A stretch of DNA of 10,361 nt from Candidatus Micrarchaeia archaeon (GCA_038870455.1 JAWCPB010000033.1:1-10361), one strand, 5' to 3'; counted from the first letter of the stretch, positions 1 through 9,048 are shown. A program made the numbers and translations. The notes: a model not told the origin generated them from the sequence alone.

Positions 1-143
1 TTATGGCGAGGAGTGAGAAGATGCGCCTCGTGCCGCTCGCGCTCGCACTCGCCCCGCTCCTCATCGGCCTCTTCTCCTTCCCATTCGTGGGAGTGCTCGT
101 GGCGGCTGTGGAAACGCTGTTCTTTGCGCTGGCGAGAAAATAG
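1..143 (+). CDS. 3' end of a membrane protein (probably truncated at the window edge; alternatively a 46-aa membrane protein starting at ATG 3)
   Basis: Frame from position 3 reads MARSEKMRLVPLALALAPLLIGLFSFPFVGVLVAAVETLFFALARK then TAG at 141-143. It is strongly hydrophobic with a basic C-terminus and ends just before the RBS of the next gene. It is not in the supplied ORF track. Confidence 0.7.
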   Translation, partial: MARSEKMRLVPLALALAPLLIGLFSFPFVGVLVAAVETLFFALARK

Positions 144-160
144 TGAGAGGTTGCGATCGC

Positions 161-1582
161 ATGAAGGCAGGGTTGTGTCTCCTGCTGCTGGCGGGCGCGG
201 TTTTTGCAGCGCAGAACGTCATGCTGGAAGCGCCGGTGAAGGAAGTCGTGCTGTACTCGAACGGGTTTGCGTACGCCACAAGAGAGGGAAGCGCGAGCCT
301 CGGCGCGGGAGAGTTCGCCCTGCAGATCGAGAACCTCACGCAGAACGCCATAGACGCGAGCATTTCTGTCCTCGACAACACCGGGACGCTGATTGAGATA
401 GCGCGCTACAGCGATTCCTTCACAAAGACGCTGAACCGTAGCCGCCTTCTGTTTTTCGAGGAGATTCTTAACGAGAGCATGGGAAAAAACGTTGTCGTGG
501 TGCTTGAGGGAAGCCAGAAGAGCGGCAAGCTTGTCTGGTTCGACTCCGAGAGGATAGGCGTGGCGTCGCAGGCGGGCGTGGATATTGTTGCGGTGAAGGA
601 TGTGAAGGAAATACGCGCGCCGGTGAGCGAGCTGAACAGGACAGAGGAGTACAACGAGACGGAGTGGAGGAGGGGGGTGAGAGTAGTGGTCAGAGCGGGC
701 GCGCCGGCCACACACGCGGTGAGCGTGGGGTATCTGGTATCCGGAGCGAGCTGGAGCGAGCACTACAAGCTGTATCTGGATAGCGATGTGGCGGAGGGAA
801 GCGCGCTCCTGCAGGCCTGGGCGGACATCAGCAACAACGTTGGCGAGGACTGGGAGAACGTGAGCGCGACGCTCATCATCGGCTTTCCGAGGATAATCAG
901 CGGGTGGCGGCCCTACTTCACAGATACCGGAGTGGTCAGGAGCGCGTTGAAGGCGGCGGCCGCGCCAGCTGCACTGGCTGAGGCGCTGCCGAGCGTAAGC
1001 GCGGGCTACTGGAGTTATACGCTGCCCTATCCCGTGAGCATGAAGAGTGGGGAGAGCAGCACGAGGCCGCTCTTCTCGAAGAGCGTGCCCTTCAAGCGCG
1101 AGTTCGTGTGGGAGACTGAAAACGAGCGCGTGCACAGGAACTACAAGCTCAACAACACCGGCAGGGAGAGCCTCGGAGAAGGTGTGGTGAGGGCGTATAT
1201 CGGGGGAAAGTTCATCGGAGAGGACAGCATCGAGTTCGTGCCGCCCGGCCTGGAGAAGGAAATTTATGTCGCGGACGTGCCCGAGATCGAGGTGAAGAAA
1301 ACGGTTTTGAACGAGAGCTCGCGCGAGGAGTTTAACGTGAGGGAGACGAAGAGAAGAATAGAGCTGAGCATGGAGAACAGGCGAGAGGAAAGCGCAGAGC
1401 TCGTGGTGCGCGACTCCATGGGATACGCTGACGAGGTCGTGCTCGTGAGCGCGAGCGTCCAGCCGGCCCAGAAGCCCGGCAACGTGCTCGAGTGGAAGGT
1501 TCCGCTGAAGAAAGGCGAGAAAAAAACGATAGTCTTCGAGTACATCCTGCGGTGGCACCAGACCCCGAGACCAATTTATTAA
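161..1582 (+). CDS. Secreted DUF4139/DUF4140-family protein with N-terminal signal peptide
   Basis: ATG at 161 follows an SD-like GAGGT. The signal peptide reads MKAGLCLLLLAGAVFA. Family-like segments recognised by eye: PVKEVVLYSNGFAYATREG, GYLVSGASW..HYKL, QAWADISNNVGEDWENVSATL and the C-terminal LEWKVPLKKGEKKTIVFEY. Confidence 0.8.
   Translation: MKAGLCLLLLAGAVFAAQNVMLEAPVKEVVLYSNGFAYATREGSASLGAGEFALQIENLTQNAIDASISVLDNTGTLIEIARYSDSFTKTLNRSRLLFFEEILNESMGKNVVVVLEGSQKSGKLVWFDSERIGVASQAGVDIVAVKDVKEIRAPVSELNRTEEYNETEWRRGVRVVVRAGAPATHAVSVGYLVSGASWSEHYKLYLDSDVAEGSALLQAWADISNNVGEDWENVSATLIIGFPRIISGWRPYFTDTGVVRSALKAAAAPAALAEALPSVSAGYWSYTLPYPVSMKSGESSTRPLFSKSVPFKREFVWETENERVHRNYKLNNTGRESLGEGVVRAYIGGKFIGEDSIEFVPPGLEKEIYVADVPEIEVKKTVLNESSREEFNVRETKRRIELSMENRREESAELVVRDSMGYADEVVLVSASVQPAQKPGNVLEWKVPLKKGEKKTIVFEYILRWHQTPRPIY
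1575..1582 (+). promoter_or_regulatory. Putative archaeal TATA box for glmS (overlaps the upstream stop codon)
   Basis: TTTATTAA sits 30-23 nt upstream of the glmS GTG, in an AT-rich patch within GC-rich DNA. Confidence 0.55.
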
Positions 1583-1604
1583 CATTCCCTCCCAAAAACA
1601 CATC

Positions 1605-3368
1605 GTGTGCGGCATAGTGGGCTACATAGGTGGGGAGAGGGCTGCGCCCCTGATTCTCAAGAGCCTTAAGAACCTTGACTACAGGGGGTACGACAGCGCG
1701 GGAATCGCCACGCTCGACGGCAAGGGAATACACGCCAGGAAAGACAAGGGAAAAATCGAGGAAATCGAGAGGAAGATGGATTTCACCGCCCTCCCCGGAA
1801 GCATCGGCATCGGGCACACGAGGTGGGCAACCCACGGCATACCGAGCAGGAGGAACGCCCATCCGCACTTCGACTGCAGGGGAAGCGTGTGCCTCGTGCA
1901 CAACGGCGTCATAGAGAACTACGCCGAGCTCAGGGAGTCCCTCAAGCAAAAGGGGCACAGGTTCTCCAGCGACACCGACAGCGAGGTTGTGGCTCACCTT
2001 GTTGAGGAAAAGCTGAAGGCGGCGAGGAACGCGGGCGAGGCGGTGAAGCAGGCCGTGGCGGAGCTAAAAGGGGCTTGGGCGCTCGCGGTGCTGGTCAAGG
2101 GCGAGGAGAGGATATTCCTGGCGAGAAGCCAGAGCCCGCTCGTGATAGGCGTGGGAAATGGCGAAATGTGGTGCGCCTCGGATGTTCCGGCCCTGCTCGC
2201 GCACACGAAAAAGTTCGTTTTCCTAGAGGACGGCGAGTTCGCGGTGTTGAGCCGCTGTGGTTATGAGGCGGAAAGGGAGGGGAGGAGGACCGCGCGCAAG
2301 CCCGTCGAAGTCGCCTGGACGACTGAGATGGCGCAGAGGGGGGGCTATCCGCACTTCATGCTCAAGGAAATAGAGGAACAGCCTCAGAGCGTGGCGCAGA
2401 CGCTGGCGCTCGACGTTGGCGAAGCCGCGGAGTTCGCCAGAAAATTCAAGCGCATTCACGTGGTCGCGGCAGGCACGAGCTATCACGCGGGGCTCGTGTT
2501 CAAGTACCTGGCGGCCCGGCTCGGGCTGCAGCCCGCCGATGCATTCATTGCCAGCGAGTACGCGCAGGCGTTCGCCGGCGGCGCGGGCGGCGAGACGCTC
2601 GTCCTCGCGATTAGCCAGTCGGGCGAGACCGCGGACACGCTCGCAGCGGTCAGGGAAGCCAAGAAAAGGGGAGCCAGGACGCTCGCCATAACGAACGTGG
2701 TCGGCAGCTCGCTCGCGCGGGAAGCGGACGTGGTGCTGTGCATGCAGGCTGGCCCGGAGATTTCTGTCGTCGCGACAAAGACTTTCCTCGCCCAGCTCGC
2801 CGTGCTGTGCGCGCTGGCCGCGCGCATGGCAGGTGATGAAAAGCTCCGGAAAGAGCTGGAGCGCGTGCCTGAGCTGGTGCGGGATGTGCTGAAAAAACGC
2901 GGGGAAATCGAGAGAGTAGCGGAAAGGATTTCGCGCAAGAGGGACTTTTTCTTCATAGGCAGGGGGCTCGGCTACCCGATCGCGCTCGAGGGCGCGCTCA
3001 AGCTCAAGGAAATAACCTACACGCACGCCGAGGCGTATCCCGGCGGCGAGCTCAAGCACGGGCCGCTGAGCCTGCTCGAGAAAGGCGTGCCGGTCATTGC
3101 CATAGCCCCTTCTGACGCCACGCTGCCCAAAATGCTGGGCAACATACAGGAGTGCAGGGCCAGGGAGGCGCAGCTCATAGTGTTGTCCGACAGCAGCCAA
3201 GCGCTTGCCGCGGCCGACGAACGCATCCGCATGCCGAAGGCGAGCCCGCTGCTGGCGCCCTTCCTTTACATCGTGCCGCTCCAGCTGCTCGCCTACCACG
3301 CGGCGGTGTTGCGCGGGGCGGATCCGGACAAGCCCAGGAACCTGGCCAAGAGCGTAACCGTTGAATAA
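1605..3368 (+). CDS. glmS: Glutamine--fructose-6-phosphate aminotransferase (isomerizing)
   Basis: N-terminal MCGIVG (Ntn nucleophile Cys), YRGYDSAG, GHTRWATHG, HNGVIEN, DTDSEV, the SIS-domain motifs SQSGETADT and GELKHGP, and the C-terminal PRNLAKSVTVE. Start codon is GTG. Confidence 0.98.
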   Translation: MCGIVGYIGGERAAPLILKSLKNLDYRGYDSAGIATLDGKGIHARKDKGKIEEIERKMDFTALPGSIGIGHTRWATHGIPSRRNAHPHFDCRGSVCLVHNGVIENYAELRESLKQKGHRFSSDTDSEVVAHLVEEKLKAARNAGEAVKQAVAELKGAWALAVLVKGEERIFLARSQSPLVIGVGNGEMWCASDVPALLAHTKKFVFLEDGEFAVLSRCGYEAEREGRRTARKPVEVAWTTEMAQRGGYPHFMLKEIEEQPQSVAQTLALDVGEAAEFARKFKRIHVVAAGTSYHAGLVFKYLAARLGLQPADAFIASEYAQAFAGGAGGETLVLAISQSGETADTLAAVREAKKRGARTLAITNVVGSSLAREADVVLCMQAGPEISVVATKTFLAQLAVLCALAARMAGDEKLRKELERVPELVRDVLKKRGEIERVAERISRKRDFFFIGRGLGYPIALEGALKLKEITYTHAEAYPGGELKHGPLSLLEKGVPVIAIAPSDATLPKMLGNIQECRAREAQLIVLSDSSQALAAADERIRMPKASPLLAPFLYIVPLQLLAYHAAVLRGADPDKPRNLAKSVTVE

Positions 3369-3404
3369 ATAAATGGGCGCTGTGAAAAGCGGTTGGTGGT
3401 TGCC

Positions 3405-3728
3405 ATGGCGGAAAGCGTGCGCGTGCACAAGACGATTGCGTGCTCGTGCGGAAGGGATTACTCGCTTGAACTCGCGACGGAGCTTGGTCTGAACTCGGTA
3501 ATGCTGGAGCTCGAGTGCCCGGGTTGTTCGGCGCGATTTACGGTGACGCTCGAGGCCCTGCTGCGGAACAAGCCCGCCGCCAAGGCTGAGGCGAGCGGCC
3601 TCGGCGAGAACCCGCTCGCGTTCATGGAAACGCCCGAGAGCACGCGGGCTGGCGAGGCGCAGGCGTCTTCAACGAGCGCGAGCGGAGAGCGCTCGCCCCT
3701 CGAGGAGCTTTTCGAGGAGGAGCTTTAA
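3405..3728 (+). CDS. Small hypothetical protein with a putative Zn ribbon (CSC...CPGC) and an acidic C-terminal tail
   Basis: ATG at 3405 follows an SD-like GGTGGT. The ORF fills the gap between glmS and mscS, and its stop directly abuts the next ATG (TAAATG). Confidence 0.75.
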   Translation: MAESVRVHKTIACSCGRDYSLELATELGLNSVMLELECPGCSARFTVTLEALLRNKPAAKAEASGLGENPLAFMETPESTRAGEAQASSTSASGERSPLEELFEEEL

Positions 3729-4559
3729 ATGCAGGGACAGACAGGAAGCCTCGCGCTCGTTCTCGCGCTGCTGCTTCTGCTCGCCGCGCTGCTGTTTCTC
3801 GCGGGCACCTACGCGAGGGTTGAGATAAGGCAGACGCTGCTCGACGCGAGCGCGTTCATCGCACCCGCGACCTGGAGCGTGCTCATCCTCCTCGCGGCCA
3901 TAGCCGCGCGCGCCCTGATGAACGCGTTCTTCGACTACTCCATGCGCAAGTATCCCTTGGACGTGCTGAAGTCGCTCAAGGCGCTCACCTCCGCAATATT
4001 GTTCGCGGCAGCGCTGCTCATCATCATCGCAATATTCACGAGGGACGAGGCGATATTCACCGTGATCATCGCCGGCTTCGTGCTGACAATCGTCATAACT
4101 GGCAGGGAGTTCCTCGAGGACTTTGCGCGCAGGTTCGCTCTCCTCTCCTCGGCGGCCATCAACATCGGCGACTATGTCGAGGTCGATGGCGTCAAGGGAA
4201 GGGTCGTGGAGTTCGGTGTGGTCTACACCACGATAAGGAAGGACGACAACACGCTCGTGAGCATTCCGAACAAGGAGCTGCTGGGCATGCGCGTCATAAA
4301 CTACTCGAAGGCGCCCCACCTCAAGGTGCAGGACAGCATAGAACTGCGTGTCGGAAAGAGGGAGGCGGAGAAAATAGCCGGCGAGATACAGGCCGAGCTC
4401 GAGCTCAAGGGCTTCGGAAGGTGCCGCGTGACGCCCTTCAAGTCTGGCGATAGGGTGCGTTTCGTGGCGACAATCATGCTTGATGAAACCGCAGACATGC
4501 GGGAGGCGAGCGAGGCCCTCGCCAGGGCACTGAAAAAGGCGTTGAGCAGCCACGGTTGA
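3729..4559 (+). CDS. mscS: Small-conductance mechanosensitive channel family protein
   Basis: N-terminal transmembrane helices followed by the MscS beta-domain signature IGDYVEVDGVKGRVVEFGVVYTTIRKDDNTLVSIPN...VINYS. Confidence 0.9.
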   Translation: MQGQTGSLALVLALLLLLAALLFLAGTYARVEIRQTLLDASAFIAPATWSVLILLAAIAARALMNAFFDYSMRKYPLDVLKSLKALTSAILFAAALLIIIAIFTRDEAIFTVIIAGFVLTIVITGREFLEDFARRFALLSSAAINIGDYVEVDGVKGRVVEFGVVYTTIRKDDNTLVSIPNKELLGMRVINYSKAPHLKVQDSIELRVGKREAEKIAGEIQAELELKGFGRCRVTPFKSGDRVRFVATIMLDETADMREASEALARALKKALSSHG

Positions 4560-4563
4560 TGGC

Positions 4564-6345
4564 ATGCGCGCGCGCCTTGCGCCAAGCCCGCCGCTCAAGA
4601 AAGAGCTGGGGCTGTTCGGCTCGTTCTCGCTCGGCTTTGCGGACGTCGGCGCAGACATCTTCCTCGCGCTCGGCCTCATCGCGGCTTACGCGGGCGGCGC
4701 CATGCCGTTCGCCATACTCGTGGCCGCGTTCGTGTACGCCTGCACGGGCCTGGCGTACGCGGAGCTCGCGAGCGCGATTCCGGTGGCCGGGGGAGCGGCT
4801 TCTTACGGCAGGAGGGCTTTCGGAGACTTCGTGGGATTCCTCGGTGGGTGGGGGCTCGCGCTCGACTACCTCATCTGCATAGCGCTCTTCGCGGTCGCGT
4901 CGGCCGGCTACCTGAGCGTGCTGTTTCCCGGAGTGAGAGAGTTCTTTTCCTTCGCGACCGCGGGCATCATACTTTCTCTCGCGGGGATAAACCTGCTGGG
5001 AATCAGGGAGTCCTCGCTCGTGAACACGGCGCTCACCCTCACGACAATGGGGGTCGTCGCCATTCTCCTGCTCGCGGGCTTCGGCGCGGCCTTCAGCCTC
5101 CCGCTCTTTCTCTCAACCATCCAGCCGATTGGCAGCGCTGTGGGATGGCCGGACTTCCTGTTTTCCATAACGCTCGCCATGGTGACCTTCATCGGCATAG
5201 AGAGCATCTCGCAGGCCGCGGAGGAGACGAGGGAGCCCGGCAGGATAATACCGAGGGCGTCGGGCCTGGCGGTGCTGCTCGTGGTGCTGTTCGCCGTGCT
5301 GGTGAGCGTGCTGGCGCTCGGCATCGTCCCCCCGAGCGAGCTTGCCGCGAGGATGGACAACCCGCTGACCGCCGTGGCGCTCCGCCTCCCGCACGCGGGC
5401 ATACTCGTTCCCCTCGTTGCTTTCGCAGGCTTTCTCATCTGCCTCGTGAGCGCCAACACGGGCGTCATCGGCGTCTCGCGCGTGCTGTACTCGCTCAGCA
5501 AGGCGAACCTCATCTCCAAGAGGTTTAGGTGGGTGCATCCAAGGTACGGAACGCCGTGGATGACGATCATCCCTTTTTCGGCCATCGCGCTCGCCCTCGC
5601 CTTCGCCGGAGACATGCGCCTGCTGGGAGAGCTTTACGCGTTCGGCGCGCTGCTCGCCTACCTCATAGCGAACGTCTCGCTCGTCGCCCTGAGGATAAAG
5701 GAGCCGGCGCTTGCCAGGCCCTTCAGGCTCGGGTTCAACGTCCGCGTGGGGGGCGCCGACGTACCGCTGATAGGCGTGCTCGGGTCGCTGTCCTGCGGCG
5801 CGGTGTTCGCGCTCGTCATCCTGCTGCACGAGCAGGGAAGAATTTTCGCCGGCCTCTGGTTCCTCTTAGGAATAATCGCGCACTTCGCGTACGCGAGGTA
5901 CAAGGAGGTCGCGCCGGAGCTCGAGGCCTACCTGGAAGAGAGGGCGATGAAGGGAAGGAAGACCGTGCTTGTTCCGCTCAAGCTCGCTGGCGAGGAGGCG
6001 GCCGTGCTCGACTTCGTGGCGAAGCTCTGCTCGGACCTCGGGGCCAGCGCCACGCTGCTTCACATTGTCGAGGTGCCGCTCTCGGTGCCGCTCAAGGAAG
6101 CGGCCGCCAGGCTCGGCGAAGAGGAGAAGAAGGTGCTGGACAAGTGGAAGAACGCGCTGGCCAAAAGAGGGCTTGAGGTCGTGGTGGCGGTGCGCGCGGC
6201 GAGAAGCGCGAGCGAGGGAGTGGTCGACTTTGCCGAAGAAAACGAGGTGCCGTACATCTTCCTGAGCAAGGAGGAGGCTGTCTCGCGCGTGGTGCAGGAA
6301 ATAGAGGACAGCACTGGAGCGCAGCTCATCGTCTATACGCGTTAA
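4564..6345 (+). CDS. APC-superfamily (amino acid permease-like) transporter with C-terminal universal stress protein (USP)-like domain
   Basis: LKKELG N-terminus, YAELASAIPVAGG, FIGIESISQAAEE, SRVLYSLS, HPRYGTPW and RPFR motifs, with about 12 hydrophobic segments. The C-terminal KTVLVPL...ATLLHIVEVP...EGVVDFAEE region is USP-like. Confidence 0.9.
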   Translation: MRARLAPSPPLKKELGLFGSFSLGFADVGADIFLALGLIAAYAGGAMPFAILVAAFVYACTGLAYAELASAIPVAGGAASYGRRAFGDFVGFLGGWGLALDYLICIALFAVASAGYLSVLFPGVREFFSFATAGIILSLAGINLLGIRESSLVNTALTLTTMGVVAILLLAGFGAAFSLPLFLSTIQPIGSAVGWPDFLFSITLAMVTFIGIESISQAAEETREPGRIIPRASGLAVLLVVLFAVLVSVLALGIVPPSELAARMDNPLTAVALRLPHAGILVPLVAFAGFLICLVSANTGVIGVSRVLYSLSKANLISKRFRWVHPRYGTPWMTIIPFSAIALALAFAGDMRLLGELYAFGALLAYLIANVSLVALRIKEPALARPFRLGFNVRVGGADVPLIGVLGSLSCGAVFALVILLHEQGRIFAGLWFLLGIIAHFAYARYKEVAPELEAYLEERAMKGRKTVLVPLKLAGEEAAVLDFVAKLCSDLGASATLLHIVEVPLSVPLKEAAARLGEEEKKVLDKWKNALAKRGLEVVVAVRAARSASEGVVDFAEENEVPYIFLSKEEAVSRVVQEIEDSTGAQLIVYTR

Positions 6346-8981
6346 GCGAAGACGACGGGGTCCCGCGTCTTTCCCTGGGCAAGGCGGTCGCTGCCGCCCC
6401 CGCCTCCGCCGAAGGCCGCGCACACTTCGCCGAGCAGCTCTTTCGCGCTCCGCCCGCTCTGCCTTCCGGCAGCGCACACCACGTCATTGCTTTTGTTGGC
6501 GAACACCACGGCACAGCCCTCGTCGCCCTCGACCATCTTGAGCGCGATTTTCTTGAGCAGCCCGGCATCAACATCGAGCGCCTTGCGCACGAGCTTCCCC
6601 TCCTTCCTGAAGCGCGCTGCGGAGATTTCCGCCAGCGTGTCCTCGAGCTCGGCCACAGCCTTGCCCCTCTCCTTCCACTCGTTGAAAAAGCGTTCGACGG
6701 CAGCCGGCAGCGAGGCGGGCGGGACCTTGAGCCTGTCGGCAGCCTGCTCGAGCAGCGCTTCCCGCTCCTGGATGAAGGCGAGCGCGGCCTCTCCGGCGCA
6801 GTACTCGATGCGGTTCACGCCGTCCTGAATGCGCTCCTCCTTGATTATTTTTATGAGGCCGAGCTTTCCCGTGCTCGCCACGTGAATGCCGCCGCACGCT
6901 TCCTGGTCGGTGCCCTCGATGTCGACAACGCGCACGGTCTTGCCGGGAGCCCCTCCCCCTTGGTAGAGGGTGAAGCCGTACCGCCTCTCAGCCTCTCCCC
7001 TGTCCAGGCTCCGCACGACAACGGGCTTGTCGGCGAACACGATGGCGTTGGCCGCGCGCTCGATCTCCTTGAGCTGTTCCGGAGAGATCTTTTCGTAGTG
7101 CGTGATGTCCAAGTGCGCCTTGTCCGGCTCCTTGCGCGCGCCCGCCTGCCACACGTGGTTGCCGAGCACCGCGCGTGCCGCAGCCGCCATGACGTGCGTG
7201 GCGGTGTGATGGCGAGCCAGCGCCCTCCTCCTGTCCGCATCCACGGCGCACCTCACCCTCTGGTTGACCGTGAAGATGCGCGCATCCTCCACCTCGTGAA
7301 ACACGACGCCCCCGGCAATCTGGACGTCCAGCACGCGCTTGCCGTGAATCGTTCCCAAGTCAGGGGCCTGCCCCCCTCCCTCTGCGTAGAAGCACGTCTG
7401 GTCGAGCACGAGCGCGTTCCCGCGGATGGCGACCACGCTCGCCTCGCACGCTGTCGCGCCCGTCTCGTAATAGAGCAGGCGCGTCTTCGGAAGCCCCTCG
7501 GGGTTGTACTTCGCCTCTTCCCTCGCCTCGTGGAAAACGTGCTGCTGGGTGAGGTTCTTGTAGAAGTCGCTTGGAATCTCAACGGGCTTGCCGAGGCCAG
7601 CGGCCACCTCCTCGGCGAGCTCGGGCGTCACGCCGTGGCTCTCGTAAAGCTCGGAGAACTTTTCCTCCGTCAGCCTTCCTTTTTCTATCAGGTCGCTGAC
7701 CAGGCGCTTGGCCCTCTCAAAGGAAGCCCTGTACCGCCTTTCCTCGACTTCGAGAATGGCGTGAATTTCGGAAACGTTCTGCGACAGCTCTGGAAAAAGC
7801 GGGCGCAGGTACTTGGCGTGCGCCTCCGCCACCTCGCCGAGGGCGAACGGGAGCTTGTACTGGTCGATGAACGACAGCGCGCGCCGCAGCACCACGCGCA
7901 GGTTGTACCCGCCTCCGACGTTGCTGGGCAGCCCTCCGTCTGCGATGGCGAACGCGAGCGCCCGCGCATGGTCTGCGACCGCGTAAATGGCTTCCAGAAC
8001 AGCAATTTTCTTCTCGAGCTCGTCAAGCGACACGCCGAGCTCGCGGGCCACTCCCTCCTTCACTTTCCTGATGTCAGCGTGCTCCTCCAAATCGAGCCTG
8101 CTCGAGAGCGCGGCGTACTTGAGGAAAAGCTCCTTGTCGTAATCCACGCCGGCCTGCCTTATCAGCTCAGGAACGACGGGACCGAATGCGCAGTCGTACG
8201 CGGTGGGCGTGCCTGCGGCGTACCAGACGAGCCTCTCGAAGCCCCATCCCACGTCAATGACTTTCGCCGCGAGCTCGCGCGGAGAGCCTCCCGGAGGCTT
8301 GGTGAATTCGGTGAACACCGAATTGACCAGCTCGAGGCCGTTCGCGAAAGTTTCGACGCACGGGCCGAAGGAAGACAGGTCTGGCATGGCCCAAACGTCC
8401 TCCAAGTAAGTCAGTTCCTCCGGCTTGATTTCCAGCACGCGGGTCAAGTAGTTGAAGTTCAGCTCGATGCACCTGTCCTTCCAATAGCCTTCGGCTGGGT
8501 AGTTGAAGGAATGCTGGCCGGCCATGACAAAACACGAGAAATGCCTGCCCGTAACCCCGACGTTTGGAATGTCGTTGAAGCGCAGGCACATCTGTGGCAC
8601 GACGAGCGGGTTCTCAGGGTACTCCCACGCCACGGCCCCTCCCTCGAGGCGCATGAAGTCGACGATGCTCGCGATGGTGAAGTAAAGGTCGTCGCGCCAG
8701 CGGCAGATGACAGGATAGCGGGGAATGCTGGCGTGCCCGTTGTCGGTGAAAAACTTCTCAAACCCCCGCCACACTTCGATGTAGTCCGCGCTAGCCGGCC
8801 TGAAGAACGAGTACGGCTCGCACTTGGAGTCGCCGCACACTTCTTTGCCCAGGCTCCAGAAAAAGCGGCCGCACTTGGGGCACTGCCTCCTGGCAAAGCC
8901 CTTTTCCTTGAAGAGAGCAACCTCATAATGCCGCTGCGGCTCGCGGCTGAACTGCGCGCGCAGCTCCTCCTTGACGCCCAT
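6342..8981 (-). CDS. alaS: Alanine--tRNA ligase, archaeal type
   Basis: N-terminal CPKC...C...C region, RWRDDLYFTIASI, VGVTGRH, DVGWGFERL, ADHARAL, LDQTCFYAEGGGQ, editing-domain HTATH and EACGGIH motifs, and the C-terminal GGGGGGSDRLAQG. Confidence 0.98.
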   Translation of the reverse strand: MGVKEELRAQFSREPQRHYEVALFKEKGFARRQCPKCGRFFWSLGKEVCGDSKCEPYSFFRPASADYIEVWRGFEKFFTDNGHASIPRYPVICRWRDDLYFTIASIVDFMRLEGGAVAWEYPENPLVVPQMCLRFNDIPNVGVTGRHFSCFVMAGQHSFNYPAEGYWKDRCIELNFNYLTRVLEIKPEELTYLEDVWAMPDLSSFGPCVETFANGLELVNSVFTEFTKPPGGSPRELAAKVIDVGWGFERLVWYAAGTPTAYDCAFGPVVPELIRQAGVDYDKELFLKYAALSSRLDLEEHADIRKVKEGVARELGVSLDELEKKIAVLEAIYAVADHARALAFAIADGGLPSNVGGGYNLRVVLRRALSFIDQYKLPFALGEVAEAHAKYLRPLFPELSQNVSEIHAILEVEERRYRASFERAKRLVSDLIEKGRLTEEKFSELYESHGVTPELAEEVAAGLGKPVEIPSDFYKNLTQQHVFHEAREEAKYNPEGLPKTRLLYYETGATACEASVVAIRGNALVLDQTCFYAEGGGQAPDLGTIHGKRVLDVQIAGGVVFHEVEDARIFTVNQRVRCAVDADRRRALARHHTATHVMAAAARAVLGNHVWQAGARKEPDKAHLDITHYEKISPEQLKEIERAANAIVFADKPVVVRSLDRGEAERRYGFTLYQGGGAPGKTVRVVDIEGTDQEACGGIHVASTGKLGLIKIIKEERIQDGVNRIEYCAGEAALAFIQEREALLEQAADRLKVPPASLPAAVERFFNEWKERGKAVAELEDTLAEISAARFRKEGKLVRKALDVDAGLLKKIALKMVEGDEGCAVVFANKSNDVVCAAGRQSGRSAKELLGEVCAAFGGGGGGSDRLAQGKTRDPVVFA

Positions 8982-9004
8982 CGAGAAAGCTTATCGAAAA
9001 GAAG

Positions 9005-9011
9005 ATTTAAA
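9005..9011 (-). promoter_or_regulatory. Putative TATA box for alaS
   Basis: TTTAAAT on the minus strand lies 30-24 nt upstream of the alaS ATG (8981). This spacing is typical of a leaderless or short-leader archaeal transcript. Confidence 0.55.
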
Positions 9012-9048
9012 GCCCTTCGGAGGAAAAAAGTTCCCCCCTCCCGCTCGC

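Noticed and set aside
143-160. Longer GTG start for the DUF4139 gene given in the ORF track
   Set aside because: ATG 161 has an SD-like motif upstream and starts a clean signal peptide. The GTG overlaps the upstream stop codon.
1583-1604. glmS ribozyme upstream of glmS
   Set aside because: There are only 22 nt of intergenic sequence with no structure, and the ribozyme is a bacterial feature.
2223-3428. 401-aa minus-strand ORF, and other overlapping ORFs within glmS, mscS and the permease
   Set aside because: These are shadow or off-frame ORFs over clearly identified genes, with Arg/Ala/His-skewed composition.
6684-6700. GAAAAAGCGTTCGACGG in alaS resembling the right arm of the intron element
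   Set aside because: There is no matching left arm. It encodes ordinary AlaRS sequence (AVERFF) and is most likely chance.
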